Source: an uncultured bacterium (GTDB lineage: Bacteria > Krumholzibacteriota > Krumholzibacteriia > LZORAL124-64-63). Taken from it: a stretch of DNA of 64,000 bases. Shown piece after piece: positions 20,402 through 30,213 of this stretch; position 1 is the stretch's first letter, and each line of letters starts with the position of its first letter. Below the pieces are notes generated by a model, which did no database searches, was not told the DNA's origin, and saw only the letters and a program-made list of their open reading frames with translations. The stretch covers positions 288,001 to 352,000 of the forward strand of contig CAVSGO010000005.1 of the NCBI GenBank assembly GCA_963727525.1. The letters run 5' to 3'. The translations under genes and the position numbers were made by a program.

Positions 20402-20673
20402 TCGTAGGCCGCGTGGCCGGGCGCATCACCTCGACGATCCACCACCCGTCGATGCAGGGCCGGACGCTCCTGATCATCGACAAGCTCGACGCCGCGGGCG
20501 CACCCACGGGCAGCACCCTGATCGCCGTGGACCATGCGGGTGCCGGCGCCGGCGAAACGGTGCTCGTACTCGACGAGGGCAACGGGGCGCGACAGATCCT
20601 CGGCGGCGACGCGCTGCCCATCCGCTCGGTGGTGGTCGGCATCATCGACGAGGCTGCGAGCCCTCCCGCCTAG
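20398..20673 (+). CDS. BMC pentameric vertex protein (EutN/CcmL family)
   Basis: GTG start overlapping previous stop; GRVAGRITST...AVDHAGAGAGE...EGNGAR...PIRSVVVGIID. Confidence 0.92.
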   Translation: MIVGRVAGRITSTIHHPSMQGRTLLIIDKLDAAGAPTGSTLIAVDHAGAGAGETVLVLDEGNGARQILGGDALPIRSVVVGIIDEAASPPA

Positions 20674-23093
20674 TTCGCCACCGCGAGCGTACGCACCGTG
20701 GTCTCACCGCCATAGGTGATCTTCAGGACGTAGAGACCCGCGGCCACGGGCGTGCCGTAGAAGTTCTTGCCGTCCCAGAAGCCGGACTCGGCCGAGACCA
20801 CGTCGCTGCGGAAAACCACCTGGCCTTCCAGGTTGAAGACCTGGATCTCGGCGGGGTCATCGGTGCTCGCCCCGATGCCGGCCAGCCGCAACATGCCGTC
20901 GCCGCCGGTCCCGGGGAAGGGATTGGGATAGAGGTAGACCGAGGTCAACGAGCCCACGGGGCCGCTCGACTTGTCTCCCACGGTGACGATGGCACCGCCG
21001 CGGCTGCTGCTCACCACGAGACGTCGCCCCGAGTCGTCGATATCGAGTCCGCGATACGTGCCGCCCGGCAGAGCCACCACGACGTTGTCGGTGTAGAGAC
21101 CCGTACGCGCCAGCGGGATGTACGACTCGAGGTCCGTGTAGGCGTCGACCTGGCGTTGCGGTGCCGGCTCGCTCAGCCGGATCCGATTCAGGCCGATATC
21201 CGTGAGCACCCAGAGATCGCCATTGTGGTCGAGTTCCATGCCCTTCACGGCCTTGCTCAGGAGTCCCTGATCGAGAGGGGACGTCTTGTTGCCGTAGCTG
21301 GCCACCCGGGTGGCGATCCCGGTGGCGACGTCGTAGGTGAAGCCGACCACGCCGTTGCCCCCCACCCAGATGGTCCCGTCGGTTCCGAGCACCATCGCGT
21401 TCGCCAGGCTGATGTCGAAGGCTGTGTCGGGTATGGCCGTGACCGGCGGGGACATGACGTCGTCGCTCGTGTCGGTCCATGTGAGGCGATCGTTCGGGCC
21501 TGCCGACGCGCCGTTGATGTCCCAGCGTACCAGGCCGACGTTGCGCACCGCGAACCAGATCACGTCGCGCCGCTCCACGAGCGCCGCCTCCACGTCGATG
21601 CCACCGACGTCCGGCGTCACCCAGACGCTGGAGTCGTGGAAGTGGTCGGGATCGACGAGAACCTGTGCGCCGACCGTGGGTGCATCTTCACTGGTCATGA
21701 CGATGATCGGACCGTCGGGATGCGCGAGGACCTTGGCGATGGGCGTGCCCACGAGGCCGCTGTTGCCGGGATAGATGAGATCATACTCGTCGTGGTCGAG
21801 CCCCGTGACCGCGGCGGCACGGTAGCGGACGAGCCCGCTGTAGTACTGCGCGAGCCAGAGCGCGCCCGACGGGTCGTGGTCGATGTCCAGAATGGCGCCC
21901 AGCAGGTTGAAGAGGCCCGACGAATCGTTCGCAGCCGTGGCGAGGCTGTAGATCGACGACCAGCCCAGATCCTCGCTCCAGCCGGAAGCTCCCGCTCCCC
22001 AGCGATCGCCGATCCAGGCGCGCCCGAGCGTATCGAACGCCGAGCCGGCCGCATCGGCCGTGACCGACATCACCCGATGCCACTGCTGCCACTCGCTGTT
22101 CCGCAGGCGCGCCAGCCAGGGGTAGCCGGAGTCCGAATCGCCGCTGCGCATATCGCCGATGCGCAGACGCCCGCCCACCCAGATGTCGTCGCCGTCGAGC
22201 GCGAAGCAGCCGTAGTTGACGCTCTGGTCCGCGGGCGGGGTGGGGTGCGCATAGACGGTCAATTGGCCATCGATATCTCTGTACACCGTACCGATGTAGT
22301 TGACCGTCCAGATGTCGTCACCGTCCGTCGCCACGTCGAGATACCAGGCGCCGGCACCGAATTGCAGCTCCCACTCGTCGGTTACAAGGTTCAGCCGCAG
22401 CACGCCATCGCGGGTGGCGATGACCGGCCGTCCCTGGCTGTCGCAGGCGATGCGTTCCACGACGTCCGTGATGCCAGTGTTGATCGGGGTGAACGTGTTG
22501 TCGGCGAACCGGCACACACCCGCCTGCGTGACGACGTAGACCACCTCGCCTGACACCGCGATACCGGTGACGTGATCATCGAGCAGCCCGTCGGCCGTCG
22601 TGTAGTAGCCACCGGGCAGGCCGTCGGTGATGATGCCGATCCCGTTGCTCTCCGTGCCGTAGTAGATCCGTTCGGTCGTCCCCGCGACGACACCGGTGAC
22701 GGCGGTGACCTTGACGCTGGCGAGCGTGGTCGAGTAGCGGCGCATCGTCGGCTGCGCGGCCTCGGGATTCGTGATGCGCGTCATGCCGCCATCGAGCGTG
22801 GCCACCCAGAGATGCTCTCCTGTCCAGCAGAGGTCCGTGACCTCGAACCCGCCGAGGCCGCTGTCGGACGCGAATGAGCGCTGCACCGCGGGGTCGTCCA
22901 CCGACCAGGCCACGAGCCCGCCCGAAGGCGTGGCCGTGTAGACCCAGCCTCCGTGCACGAGAGCGCGGTTCACCGACCAGCCCCGCATGAGGAGCTGGAA
23001 ATCGGCGGACTGCGCCAGAGCCGCCCCCGCGAACACCAGGCCCAGCACGCTCAGGCAACACACCGACAACAGCCGCGGCACGGTACGATTCAT
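20670..23093 (-). CDS. Secreted beta-propeller protein with FlgD/T9SS-like C-terminal domain (PorZ-like architecture)
   Basis: Signal peptide; repeated WxAT/WxGG blades; C-terminal YPNPF...IQVFNLEG...WDGKN..G.PVAAGLY. Alternative start at 23102. Confidence 0.78.
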   Translation of the reverse strand: MNRTVPRLLSVCCLSVLGLVFAGAALAQSADFQLLMRGWSVNRALVHGGWVYTATPSGGLVAWSVDDPAVQRSFASDSGLGGFEVTDLCWTGEHLWVATLDGGMTRITNPEAAQPTMRRYSTTLASVKVTAVTGVVAGTTERIYYGTESNGIGIITDGLPGGYYTTADGLLDDHVTGIAVSGEVVYVVTQAGVCRFADNTFTPINTGITDVVERIACDSQGRPVIATRDGVLRLNLVTDEWELQFGAGAWYLDVATDGDDIWTVNYIGTVYRDIDGQLTVYAHPTPPADQSVNYGCFALDGDDIWVGGRLRIGDMRSGDSDSGYPWLARLRNSEWQQWHRVMSVTADAAGSAFDTLGRAWIGDRWGAGASGWSEDLGWSSIYSLATAANDSSGLFNLLGAILDIDHDPSGALWLAQYYSGLVRYRAAAVTGLDHDEYDLIYPGNSGLVGTPIAKVLAHPDGPIIVMTSEDAPTVGAQVLVDPDHFHDSSVWVTPDVGGIDVEAALVERRDVIWFAVRNVGLVRWDINGASAGPNDRLTWTDTSDDVMSPPVTAIPDTAFDISLANAMVLGTDGTIWVGGNGVVGFTYDVATGIATRVASYGNKTSPLDQGLLSKAVKGMELDHNGDLWVLTDIGLNRIRLSEPAPQRQVDAYTDLESYIPLARTGLYTDNVVVALPGGTYRGLDIDDSGRRLVVSSSRGGAIVTVGDKSSGPVGSLTSVYLYPNPFPGTGGDGMLRLAGIGASTDDPAEIQVFNLEGQVVFRSDVVSAESGFWDGKNFYGTPVAAGLYVLKITYGGETTVRTLAVAN

Positions 23094-23542
23094 GGCTTCC
23101 ATCCTTCCTCCAGCGGGTATCCCCCGAGATGCACCTGGGTTGCACCTTGGCAGTGCACCGAAAAGCCACCATCGGGATCTCGATATGATACCTGGCGGTG
23201 CCGCGCCAGTCTAGCAGGCCCGATTCTAACACATTCCAGGACTCTGAGTTTCCCCCATCCTGATCAACACTGACGAGCGCCGGCACCCTGCTCCAGGTCG
23301 AGTTCTCCGCCGCCGCCATACCCTCAATATAGCCGAATCTGGCTCCTGCCGTCACGAACAAGGTCTCACCCCACCGCTCTCGAAATGGCATGCTGGCGCG
23401 TGATCAGCCCCATCCGGCTTGGCGCCGGACGGAGGCTCGTCATGCCGCCGTCGGGACGTGCCGGTCGCAGCGTTCTTCTCTAAGGTTTGAATCGCGGCGC
23501 ATGGCGCCGGCTCCTGCGCACCACCACCCGGGAGGATTTCCC

Positions 23543-24655
23543 GTGCCCATGCTCTGGCAAAGCCTCCATCATGCCGCCGCAATGCTCTGGGAGATGCTGT
23601 GGGCCCTCATCCTGGGTTTCACGATCTCCGGTTGCATGCAAGCCTTCGTCAGCCGTGAGAAGATGGCCGGGTGGTTCGGCCGCGCGGGGCTCAAGCAAGT
23701 GCTGATGGCCATGGGCATCGGCGCGGCCAGTTCGTCGTGCTCGTACGCGGCGGCAGCGACGATGAAGACGGCCTTTCGCAAGGGCGCCGCATTCGTGCCG
23801 GCCGTGGCGTTCCTCTTCGCCTCGACGAACCTGGTCATCGAACTGGGCATCGTGCTCTGGATGCTGATGGGATGGCGGTTCCTGCTCGCGGAGGTAGTAG
23901 GCTCGTTCATACTCGTGGGCGTGATGTGGATTCTCGCCAGCCTCACGCTGCCGTCGCACTGGGTGGACGCGGCAAGGGAGCACGCGCAGGAGGGCGGAGG
24001 GGGACATCACCACCACCATCATCAGCACGGCGACGAGGAGGCGCCCCTGCGCGAGAAGCTCGCCCGCCGCGAGAACTGGGGCCGCGCCGGCGACGCCTTC
24101 GTGATGGACGTGGCGATGCTCTGGAAGGAGATCCTCGCCGGTGTGCTCATCGCCGGCTTCGTGATGGTGCTGGTGCCGGGATCGTGGTGGCAGACGCTCT
24201 TCCTCAGCGGCGACGGCCAGCACGCGGGCGCCCTGCAACTCATCGAGAACGCTTTGGTGGGCCCGCTCATCGCCATGGCGTCATTCGTGTGTTCGGTGGG
24301 CAACATCCCGCTGGCCGGGCTGCTCTGGTCGAGTGGCATCAGCTTCGGCGGCGCCGTGGCCTTCATCTACGCCGACCTGATCGTGATCCCCCTGCTCGCC
24401 GCGTACCGGCGGTACTACGGGCTCCGGATGGCGGCCTACCTGGGCGGCATCCTCTTCGTATCGATGGTCGTGGCCGGGATCGTGGTGGACCTGCTCTTCG
24501 CCGCCACTGGCCTGATCCCCGACGTGAGCCAGGCTCACCCCGCGATCGCCCAGGCCGGCTTCTCCTGGAACTACACCACGTGGCTCAACGTCGTGTTCAT
24601 CCCTTGGGCGGTCTGCCTCTTCGTGGCGCACCGTCGGCGGCGCGCTCGAAGATAG
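23543..24655 (+). CDS. Predicted permease (DUF318/ArsP_1-like) with His-rich loop
   Basis: Multiple TM segments, SSSCSYAA, FVCSVGNIP, GHHHHHHQH; GGAGG RBS. Confidence 0.85.
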   Translation: MPMLWQSLHHAAAMLWEMLWALILGFTISGCMQAFVSREKMAGWFGRAGLKQVLMAMGIGAASSSCSYAAAATMKTAFRKGAAFVPAVAFLFASTNLVIELGIVLWMLMGWRFLLAEVVGSFILVGVMWILASLTLPSHWVDAAREHAQEGGGGHHHHHHQHGDEEAPLREKLARRENWGRAGDAFVMDVAMLWKEILAGVLIAGFVMVLVPGSWWQTLFLSGDGQHAGALQLIENALVGPLIAMASFVCSVGNIPLAGLLWSSGISFGGAVAFIYADLIVIPLLAAYRRYYGLRMAAYLGGILFVSMVVAGIVVDLLFAATGLIPDVSQAHPAIAQAGFSWNYTTWLNVVFIPWAVCLFVAHRRRRARR

Positions 24656-24691
24656 CGCGCCTTGTCCCTGCGTCGCGCGTGCGCCGAACAA

Positions 24692-26002
24692 CTACCGCAC
24701 GTAACCCAGCGACTTGAGCTTCTCGATCGCCGCGGCATCGAGCGTGATCCTGGTGGTCTCGCCGGCGTAGCGATGGCAGTCGCGCTCGAAGGCGGTGAGC
24801 TGGGCAATGAGGTCGTGCGCCACGTCGGGATGGGCGTCGAGAACGGACGTCTGCTCGGCGGGGTCGGCCGCGAGGTCATAGAGCGCGACGTTGTCGGGCT
24901 CGGTGACGATCACCTTGTCGTGACCCCGGATGACGGCTTTCCACACGAGGTTGTCGAACCAGGGCGGGCAGCGCAGGTCGAGGAAGAGCGCCCGCTGCGG
25001 CGGGATGGCCGCCTCGCCACGCGCCGCCGGCGCGAGGCTCATGCCCATCGCCTCGGCCACGCGCGGCAGGCCTGCGAGATCCGACACCGTGGGCAGCACG
25101 TCGAGCAGGCTGGCCTGGCCGCCGACGCGCCGGGGCTGCAAACCACCGTCGGGATAGGCGACCACCAGCGGCACGTCGGTGACCTCGTGATACAGCGTGC
25201 GGCCGTGGTCCCAGTCGCCGTGGTCGAGAAATTCCTCGCCGTGATCGGCCGTGACCACGATGATCGTGTTGCGGGGCCAGTCGAGCTTGCGCGCGAGGTC
25301 GCGGAGATTGCGGTCGAGGAAGCTGATCTCGCTGTCGTACGCGGCAATGGAATCGTCGCGCTCGTTGGTCTGGGCATGGTACCACGGCGCGTGCTTCTCG
25401 TAGGGCCGGTGCGGCTCCATGTAGTGCAGGTAGAGGAAGTAGGGCTGGCTACGGTCGCGGGTCCTGTCCCACGCGAGCACGCGCGCGTTCACGGCGCCGC
25501 ATCCCTCGTTGTCCGATCCGCTGAAGGTTGCGAAACCCTGATCGAAGCCCATGGCCGGGATGATGTTCGGATTGTCGGCAACCCCGCAGGTGACGTAGCC
25601 GGCCGCCTGGAACGCCTCGGCCATGGTCGTGCACGCCGCGGGAATACGCGGTAGCGTGACGCTGGGATCGACCTTCTGCAGCGCCTGCACCGCCGTGATG
25701 CCCGCCAGCACGCCGTGCTGGATCGGCGCGAGCGACGTCATGATCGAGGCCGTGGCGGGCGCCGTCCACGACGAGGTGCTGTGGGCGTGCTCGAACACGA
25801 CGCCCTGGGCGGCGAGTTCGCTCAGATAGGGCGCGGTGGTCTCGGCATGGCCATAGAACGGCAGGTGGTCGGCACGCAGCGTGTCGATGACGATGACGAC
25901 GACGTTGGGAGCCTGCGGTCCGGACTGCGACTTGCACGAGCCGAGGCACGGCAACGCCAGGAGCGCGGCGCCGACGAGAAGGGCACGGGATACCGGACGC
26001 AT
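24692..26002 (-). CDS. Sulfatase-like hydrolase, probable lipoprotein
   Basis: IVIDTLRADHL, SSWTAPATAS (Thr at the nucleophile position, not CxPxR), HYMEPH, TADHGEEF, LYDLAADP.E. Confidence 0.85.
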   Translation of the reverse strand: MRPVSRALLVGAALLALPCLGSCKSQSGPQAPNVVVIVIDTLRADHLPFYGHAETTAPYLSELAAQGVVFEHAHSTSSWTAPATASIMTSLAPIQHGVLAGITAVQALQKVDPSVTLPRIPAACTTMAEAFQAAGYVTCGVADNPNIIPAMGFDQGFATFSGSDNEGCGAVNARVLAWDRTRDRSQPYFLYLHYMEPHRPYEKHAPWYHAQTNERDDSIAAYDSEISFLDRNLRDLARKLDWPRNTIIVVTADHGEEFLDHGDWDHGRTLYHEVTDVPLVVAYPDGGLQPRRVGGQASLLDVLPTVSDLAGLPRVAEAMGMSLAPAARGEAAIPPQRALFLDLRCPPWFDNLVWKAVIRGHDKVIVTEPDNVALYDLAADPAEQTSVLDAHPDVAHDLIAQLTAFERDCHRYAGETTRITLDAAAIEKLKSLGYVR

Positions 26003-26109
26003 GGGAACCTACCGTTCGCGGGCTCGAGGTTGGACGGGGCGCTCACCAGGATATCAGACCGACGCGCCCCAAGGAAACCGCGGCGTAGACTGCTGTCAAG
26101 ACGTCCGCC

Positions 26110-26125
26110 AGGCCCGGCGCTTGCA
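26110..26125 (+). promoter_or_regulatory. Putative sigma54 promoter
   Basis: AGGCCCGGCGCTTGCA, about 65 bp before the DOMON-like gene. Confidence 0.45.
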
Positions 26126-26191
26126 TACGACGGTGCGCAAACCCGGCCGGTGGCGTGATCGTGACCGCGGCCACTACCGGGCCGCGAGGAG

Positions 26192-26782
26192 GTGGTCGTG
26201 GTCGCCTTGAATCGCCATACCGTGACGCTGGTGCCACACCGCGAGTCGCGTTGCCCGGCCGTACGGCGGGTGCTGGTGCAAGCTCACCGGGTGCACGGTG
26301 GTCGCCTGTTCCTGAGTTACGAGATCCTCGGCGAACCGGAAGGCCCCGCTCTCCCGGATGCCCTGACCATCCCCGAGTGCGGTCCCGTGCAGGCAGCACC
26401 CGCCCTCTGGCAGCATACCTGCTGCGAGGCATTCGTCGCGCCGGACGACGGGGTAGCGTACTGGGAGTACCACTTCGCCCCCTCGCGGGCCTGGGACGTG
26501 CATGCGTTCCAGGCGTACCGGAAAGGCGCCCGCCTCGATCCGGCCGAGCCGGCGCCCGGCATCGACGTGCATCGACGCGACGACCGCCTGACCGTGAACG
26601 CGATCGTCGACCTCGCGCAGTTCGACCCCCGGCTCGCCACCGCGCCGCTGCGCATGGGCCTGGCGGTCGTCCTCGAGGACCGACAGGGCGAACTCTCGTA
26701 CTGGGCGCTCACCCATCCGGCCAAGCGGCCGGACTTCCACCGCGCCGCTAGCTTCACGCTGGCGTTCGCCGAGCTGGCCTGA
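26192..26782 (+). CDS. DOMON-like domain protein
   Basis: LWQHTCCEAF, YWEYHFAPS..W, SYWALTH...PDFH. Confidence 0.8.
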   Translation: MVVVALNRHTVTLVPHRESRCPAVRRVLVQAHRVHGGRLFLSYEILGEPEGPALPDALTIPECGPVQAAPALWQHTCCEAFVAPDDGVAYWEYHFAPSRAWDVHAFQAYRKGARLDPAEPAPGIDVHRRDDRLTVNAIVDLAQFDPRLATAPLRMGLAVVLEDRQGELSYWALTHPAKRPDFHRAASFTLAFAELA

Positions 26783-26820
26783 GGTCCCCACCAGCGCGCC
26801 GAGTCGGATACGATCGATCG

Positions 26821-27477
26821 TCAGCGGGCTGCCGATGCCGGCGCCTCGTCCAGGGATGCGCGGTTGATCAGCACGATGCCGTCGATGGCGTCGCTCGCGA
26901 GCGCGAGCCGCCCATCGGCCTCGCTGGCGGGATAGACACAAAATCCCGGTTCGGCCGTGGCATCGGCCTGGGGAGACGGATCGTAGACATGCAGCGTGTC
27001 GACGCTGATCCCCTGCACCGGATCCACCGCCACGTCCATTCCCGTCAGCACGACTGCGTGGCCACTGCCATCGTCGCGCTTGTAGAGGATGATGACAGGC
27101 TCATGCCGGTTCAGCCGCGCATAGAGCGTGTCGGGCTGCGGCGATCCGCTGACGAATTCGCTGGATACGCGGGCCTGCGAGCCCGTGAAGGTAGGAAAGG
27201 TGCCGGTAGCCGAGGCCACGATGTCCGCCGGCAAACCGCCCAGGTTCACAGGACCGCCGAGCGTACGGGACACGATCGCCTCCTGGGGTAATTCGATCCC
27301 CTCGTACGCCAGAGCCATCTCAATGCACGAGGCCCAGCACCATTGCGATGCATGTTGCACGCGGTAGTGCCGGGCGAATTCCCGATCCGGGATGCCGACG
27401 AAGTCGCCGGCGGCGGCCATGCGGCAGGGGATCATGGCAAGCAGGAGAAGCGTGGCGAGCACCGGGTGACGACCCAT
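26821..27477 (-). CDS. Exported papain-fold cysteine peptidase (C39-like)
   Basis: Signal peptide; QHASQWCWAS (Gln, Cys), GHAVVLTG (His), VYDP (Asp). Confidence 0.78.
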   Translation of the reverse strand: MGRHPVLATLLLLAMIPCRMAAAGDFVGIPDREFARHYRVQHASQWCWASCIEMALAYEGIELPQEAIVSRTLGGPVNLGGLPADIVASATGTFPTFTGSQARVSSEFVSGSPQPDTLYARLNRHEPVIILYKRDDGSGHAVVLTGMDVAVDPVQGISVDTLHVYDPSPQADATAEPGFCVYPASEADGRLALASDAIDGIVLINRASLDEAPASAAR

Positions 27478-27546
27478 GGCGGTACCTTTTTCGCGGCGTG
27501 TCGGTTCGGTGGAGACCGCCGGGGGGCGGGGCCATGGGGCAGGAGA

Positions 27547-27562
27547 GGCAACCGACGTGCCA
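27547..27562 (-). promoter_or_regulatory. Putative sigma54 promoter (full consensus)
   Basis: Minus strand TGGCACGTCGGTTGCC, 70 bp upstream of the peptidase, with an AT-rich tract further upstream. Confidence 0.75.
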
Positions 27563-27698
27563 AGAAGAATGTTGATGGCGGCAAACCGGTGCAAAATTGG
27601 CCACGCCGGGCACCGATCGGACCCAAATTGATATCGTTATATGGGATTATTTACGCCTTGAAGATGTCGCCGTCGGCATCAACATTCTTCGAGGCACA

Positions 27699-29177
27699 TC
27701 AGTAGGACTGCGCGAAGAGGACGCGGCCTGATGAGGGTTTGCCGCACCGTACACACGCCCCCGCCCTCTCGTCCCGCTCGAACGGGATATTGCGAATCGT
27801 CACCGCCAGCTCCTCCTGGATCGCCTTTTCACAGGCCGCGTCGCCGCACCAGTGACTCTGGGCAAAGCCGCCGGCACCGGCGTAGAGGGCCTTGAAGTCG
27901 TCCCAGGTGTCGATGACGTGGGTGGCGGCCTCGCGGCGGGCGAGGGCGCGGGCGTAGAGATCGGCCTGGATGCGGTCGAGCTCGGCCGTCACGGCAGCGA
28001 CGACGCCGGACAGGGGGGTGGTGGACTTGGCACGATCGTGCCGGGCCTTGAGCATGGCCGTCTGCTGTGCGAGGTCGCGAGGTCCCAGTTCGAGGCGCAG
28101 GGGCACGCCCTTGCGCTCCCACTCGGCGTACTTCCAGCCGGGGCGCAGATTGTCGCGGTCATCCACCACCACCGGGCCCACGGCGGCGCGCAGCTCGGCG
28201 GCGATGCGCTGGGCGGCCTCGCAGGTGGCGGTCTTCTCGTCCTCGCTTTTCCAGATGGGCACGATGGCCACCTTGGTGCCGGCGATGCGGGGCGGCAGCA
28301 CGAGACCATCGTCGTCGCTATGGGTCATGATGAGAGCGCCGATGATGCGCGTGGACATGCCCCAGCTCGTGGCCCAGACCAGGTCGACCTTGCCCTCCTG
28401 GTCCTGGAACTTCACGTCGAAGGCGCGGGCGAAGTTCTGGCCCAGGTCGTGGCTCGTGGCCGCCTGCAGGGCCTTGTTGTCCTGCATCATGGCCTCGATG
28501 GAGTAGGTCTCCACGGCGCCGGCGAAGCGCTCGCTCGCCGTCTTCACGCCGCAGATCACCGGCATGGCGAGGATATCCTCGGCGAACCAGCGGTAGGTCT
28601 CGAGCATCTGCAACGTCTCGGCGCGGCTCTCCTGCGCGGTGGCGTGGGCGGTGTGGCCCTCCTGCCAGAGGAACTCCGTGGTGCGCAGGAACATGCGGGT
28701 GCGCATCTCCCAGCGCATGACGTTGGCCCACTGATTGATGAGGATCGGTAGATCGCGGTAGCTCTGGATCCACTTGCGGTACATGTCCCAGATCACCGTC
28801 TCGCTGGTCGGGCGGATGACGTACTCCTCCTCCAGCTTCGACTCGGGATCGGGCACCACCGTGGTCTTGCCGTTCTCGGTGACCTGCTTCAGGCGATGAT
28901 GGGTGACGATGGCGCACTCCTTGGCGAAGCCCTCCACGTGCTCCGCCTCCTTCGCCAGGAAGCTCTTCGGGATGAGCAACGGGAAGTACGCGTTGACGTG
29001 GCCCAGCTCCTTGAACCGACCATCGAGGATGCGCTGTACGTTTTCCCAGATGGCATAGCCGTTGGGGCGGATCACCATGCAGCCGCGCACCGGGGAGTTG
29101 TCGGCCAGCTCCGCCTCGCGGATGACGTCCAGGTACCAGCGGCTGTAGTCGTCGCTGCGCTTGGTGATCTCGGCCAT
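27699..29177 (-). CDS. proS: Proline--tRNA ligase (archaeal/eukaryote-like type)
   Basis: HVEGFAKE, IRPTSET, QWANVMRWE, EFLWQEGHT, SHDLGQNF, TSWG, C-terminal Cys cluster and FAQSY. Confidence 0.97.
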   Translation of the reverse strand: MAEITKRSDDYSRWYLDVIREAELADNSPVRGCMVIRPNGYAIWENVQRILDGRFKELGHVNAYFPLLIPKSFLAKEAEHVEGFAKECAIVTHHRLKQVTENGKTTVVPDPESKLEEEYVIRPTSETVIWDMYRKWIQSYRDLPILINQWANVMRWEMRTRMFLRTTEFLWQEGHTAHATAQESRAETLQMLETYRWFAEDILAMPVICGVKTASERFAGAVETYSIEAMMQDNKALQAATSHDLGQNFARAFDVKFQDQEGKVDLVWATSWGMSTRIIGALIMTHSDDDGLVLPPRIAGTKVAIVPIWKSEDEKTATCEAAQRIAAELRAAVGPVVVDDRDNLRPGWKYAEWERKGVPLRLELGPRDLAQQTAMLKARHDRAKSTTPLSGVVAAVTAELDRIQADLYARALARREAATHVIDTWDDFKALYAGAGGFAQSHWCGDAACEKAIQEELAVTIRNIPFERDERAGACVRCGKPSSGRVLFAQSY

Positions 29178-29373
29178 GACGTAACCTCTTGCAGGAAGGG
29201 GCGAAAGCCGGCTCGCGGCGGCCACCGGCGGACCAGGCCTGGGGCCCGGAGCGGACGGTGGAAGATAATACGTCGTCGTCAGTTGCGAAAGAGCGCGGGG
29301 AAGCCGGTTGCCCCGCATGGCGCGCTACGCGTATCCTTGGACGATGATCACCTGTCGCTCCGGAGGAATCATC

Positions 29374-30129
29374 ATGCGATCCATCGCACTTCTGCTCATC
29401 ACCGCGCTGGCCCTGGCTGGGTGCAACACGTCGCCCGACGCGAGCGGCGAACGCGACACCCTCTCCGATCCCCTCGGCGACATCGCCTATGCGAACGGGA
29501 TGATCTACGCGACCAACGACGATGGATCCGGTCATGTCGGCTCCCAGGTGGATCTCTACGCGTACGCCGACGGCGCCCTCGAGTCGCCGCAGAAAACCGT
29601 CGCCCTGGAGCTCAACGGGTACGGCTACCTCGCCATGGCCAGCGACGGCGTGGATCTGTACCTGCAGCCGCGGGGCCGGGCGCGCATCATCAAGGCGGCG
29701 CCTGACGGTGCGCTGCCGCGGTTGCGTGACGACGTGCCGGCGGCGGATGCCCGATGGCGGGGCTGCGGCCTTTGCTACGACACCGACACCGCGCAGCTCG
29801 TGGCGCTCTACGCGACGGATCGCGGGTCGCTGGTGTGGCGCCGCTACGATCCGGCGTCGGGTGCGGTCGTGGCGACCTCGCCGCCGGTGGTCTGGGACGT
29901 TCTGGCACCGGGCGTGTGGCCGCGGGCCATCACCGGGCACGGCGCCACGTTCTACGTACTGGCCACCGACACCGCCGGTGTGGACGTCGTCGTCTCGACC
30001 TCGCCACCGTACGACCGGGTCGCTACCGTGCAGGCGGTCGGGGACCAGGCCGCCGGATTGACTCAGCACGGCGCGCAGATCTGGATCGGATATCAGGATC
30101 GACGCATCGAGACCTGGCGTGGGCCCTGA
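29374..30129 (+). CDS. Hypothetical lipoprotein, possible beta-propeller
   Basis: Lipobox LALAGC; GGAGG RBS. Confidence 0.7.
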   Translation: MRSIALLLITALALAGCNTSPDASGERDTLSDPLGDIAYANGMIYATNDDGSGHVGSQVDLYAYADGALESPQKTVALELNGYGYLAMASDGVDLYLQPRGRARIIKAAPDGALPRLRDDVPAADARWRGCGLCYDTDTAQLVALYATDRGSLVWRRYDPASGAVVATSPPVVWDVLAPGVWPRAITGHGATFYVLATDTAGVDVVVSTSPPYDRVATVQAVGDQAAGLTQHGAQIWIGYQDRRIETWRGP

Positions 30130-30138
30130 TGCCATCGC

Positions 30139-30154
30139 TGGCGTGACGATTGCA
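30139..30154 (+). promoter_or_regulatory. Putative sigma54 promoter
   Basis: TGGCGTGACGATTGCA, 60 bp before the LysM hydrolase. Confidence 0.6.
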
Positions 30155-30213
30155 GGGAGGAGGTGCAACGCGAACCCTGATTGCACAATGGCGCGTGGCC
30201 GGAGCCGACGACG

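Noticed and set aside
17707-20535. 942-aa minus-strand ORF and other long antisense ORFs (7-1290, 20358-22553, 52487-54811)
   Set aside because: Shadow ORFs opposite clearly recognisable genes, expected in high-GC DNA; no motifs.
24692-26002. Canonical formylglycine sulfatase partnering the sulfotransferases
   Set aside because: Lacks C/SxPxR (has WTAPAT), so a phosphodiesterase/transferase-like activity is equally plausible; it is also about 17 kb away.
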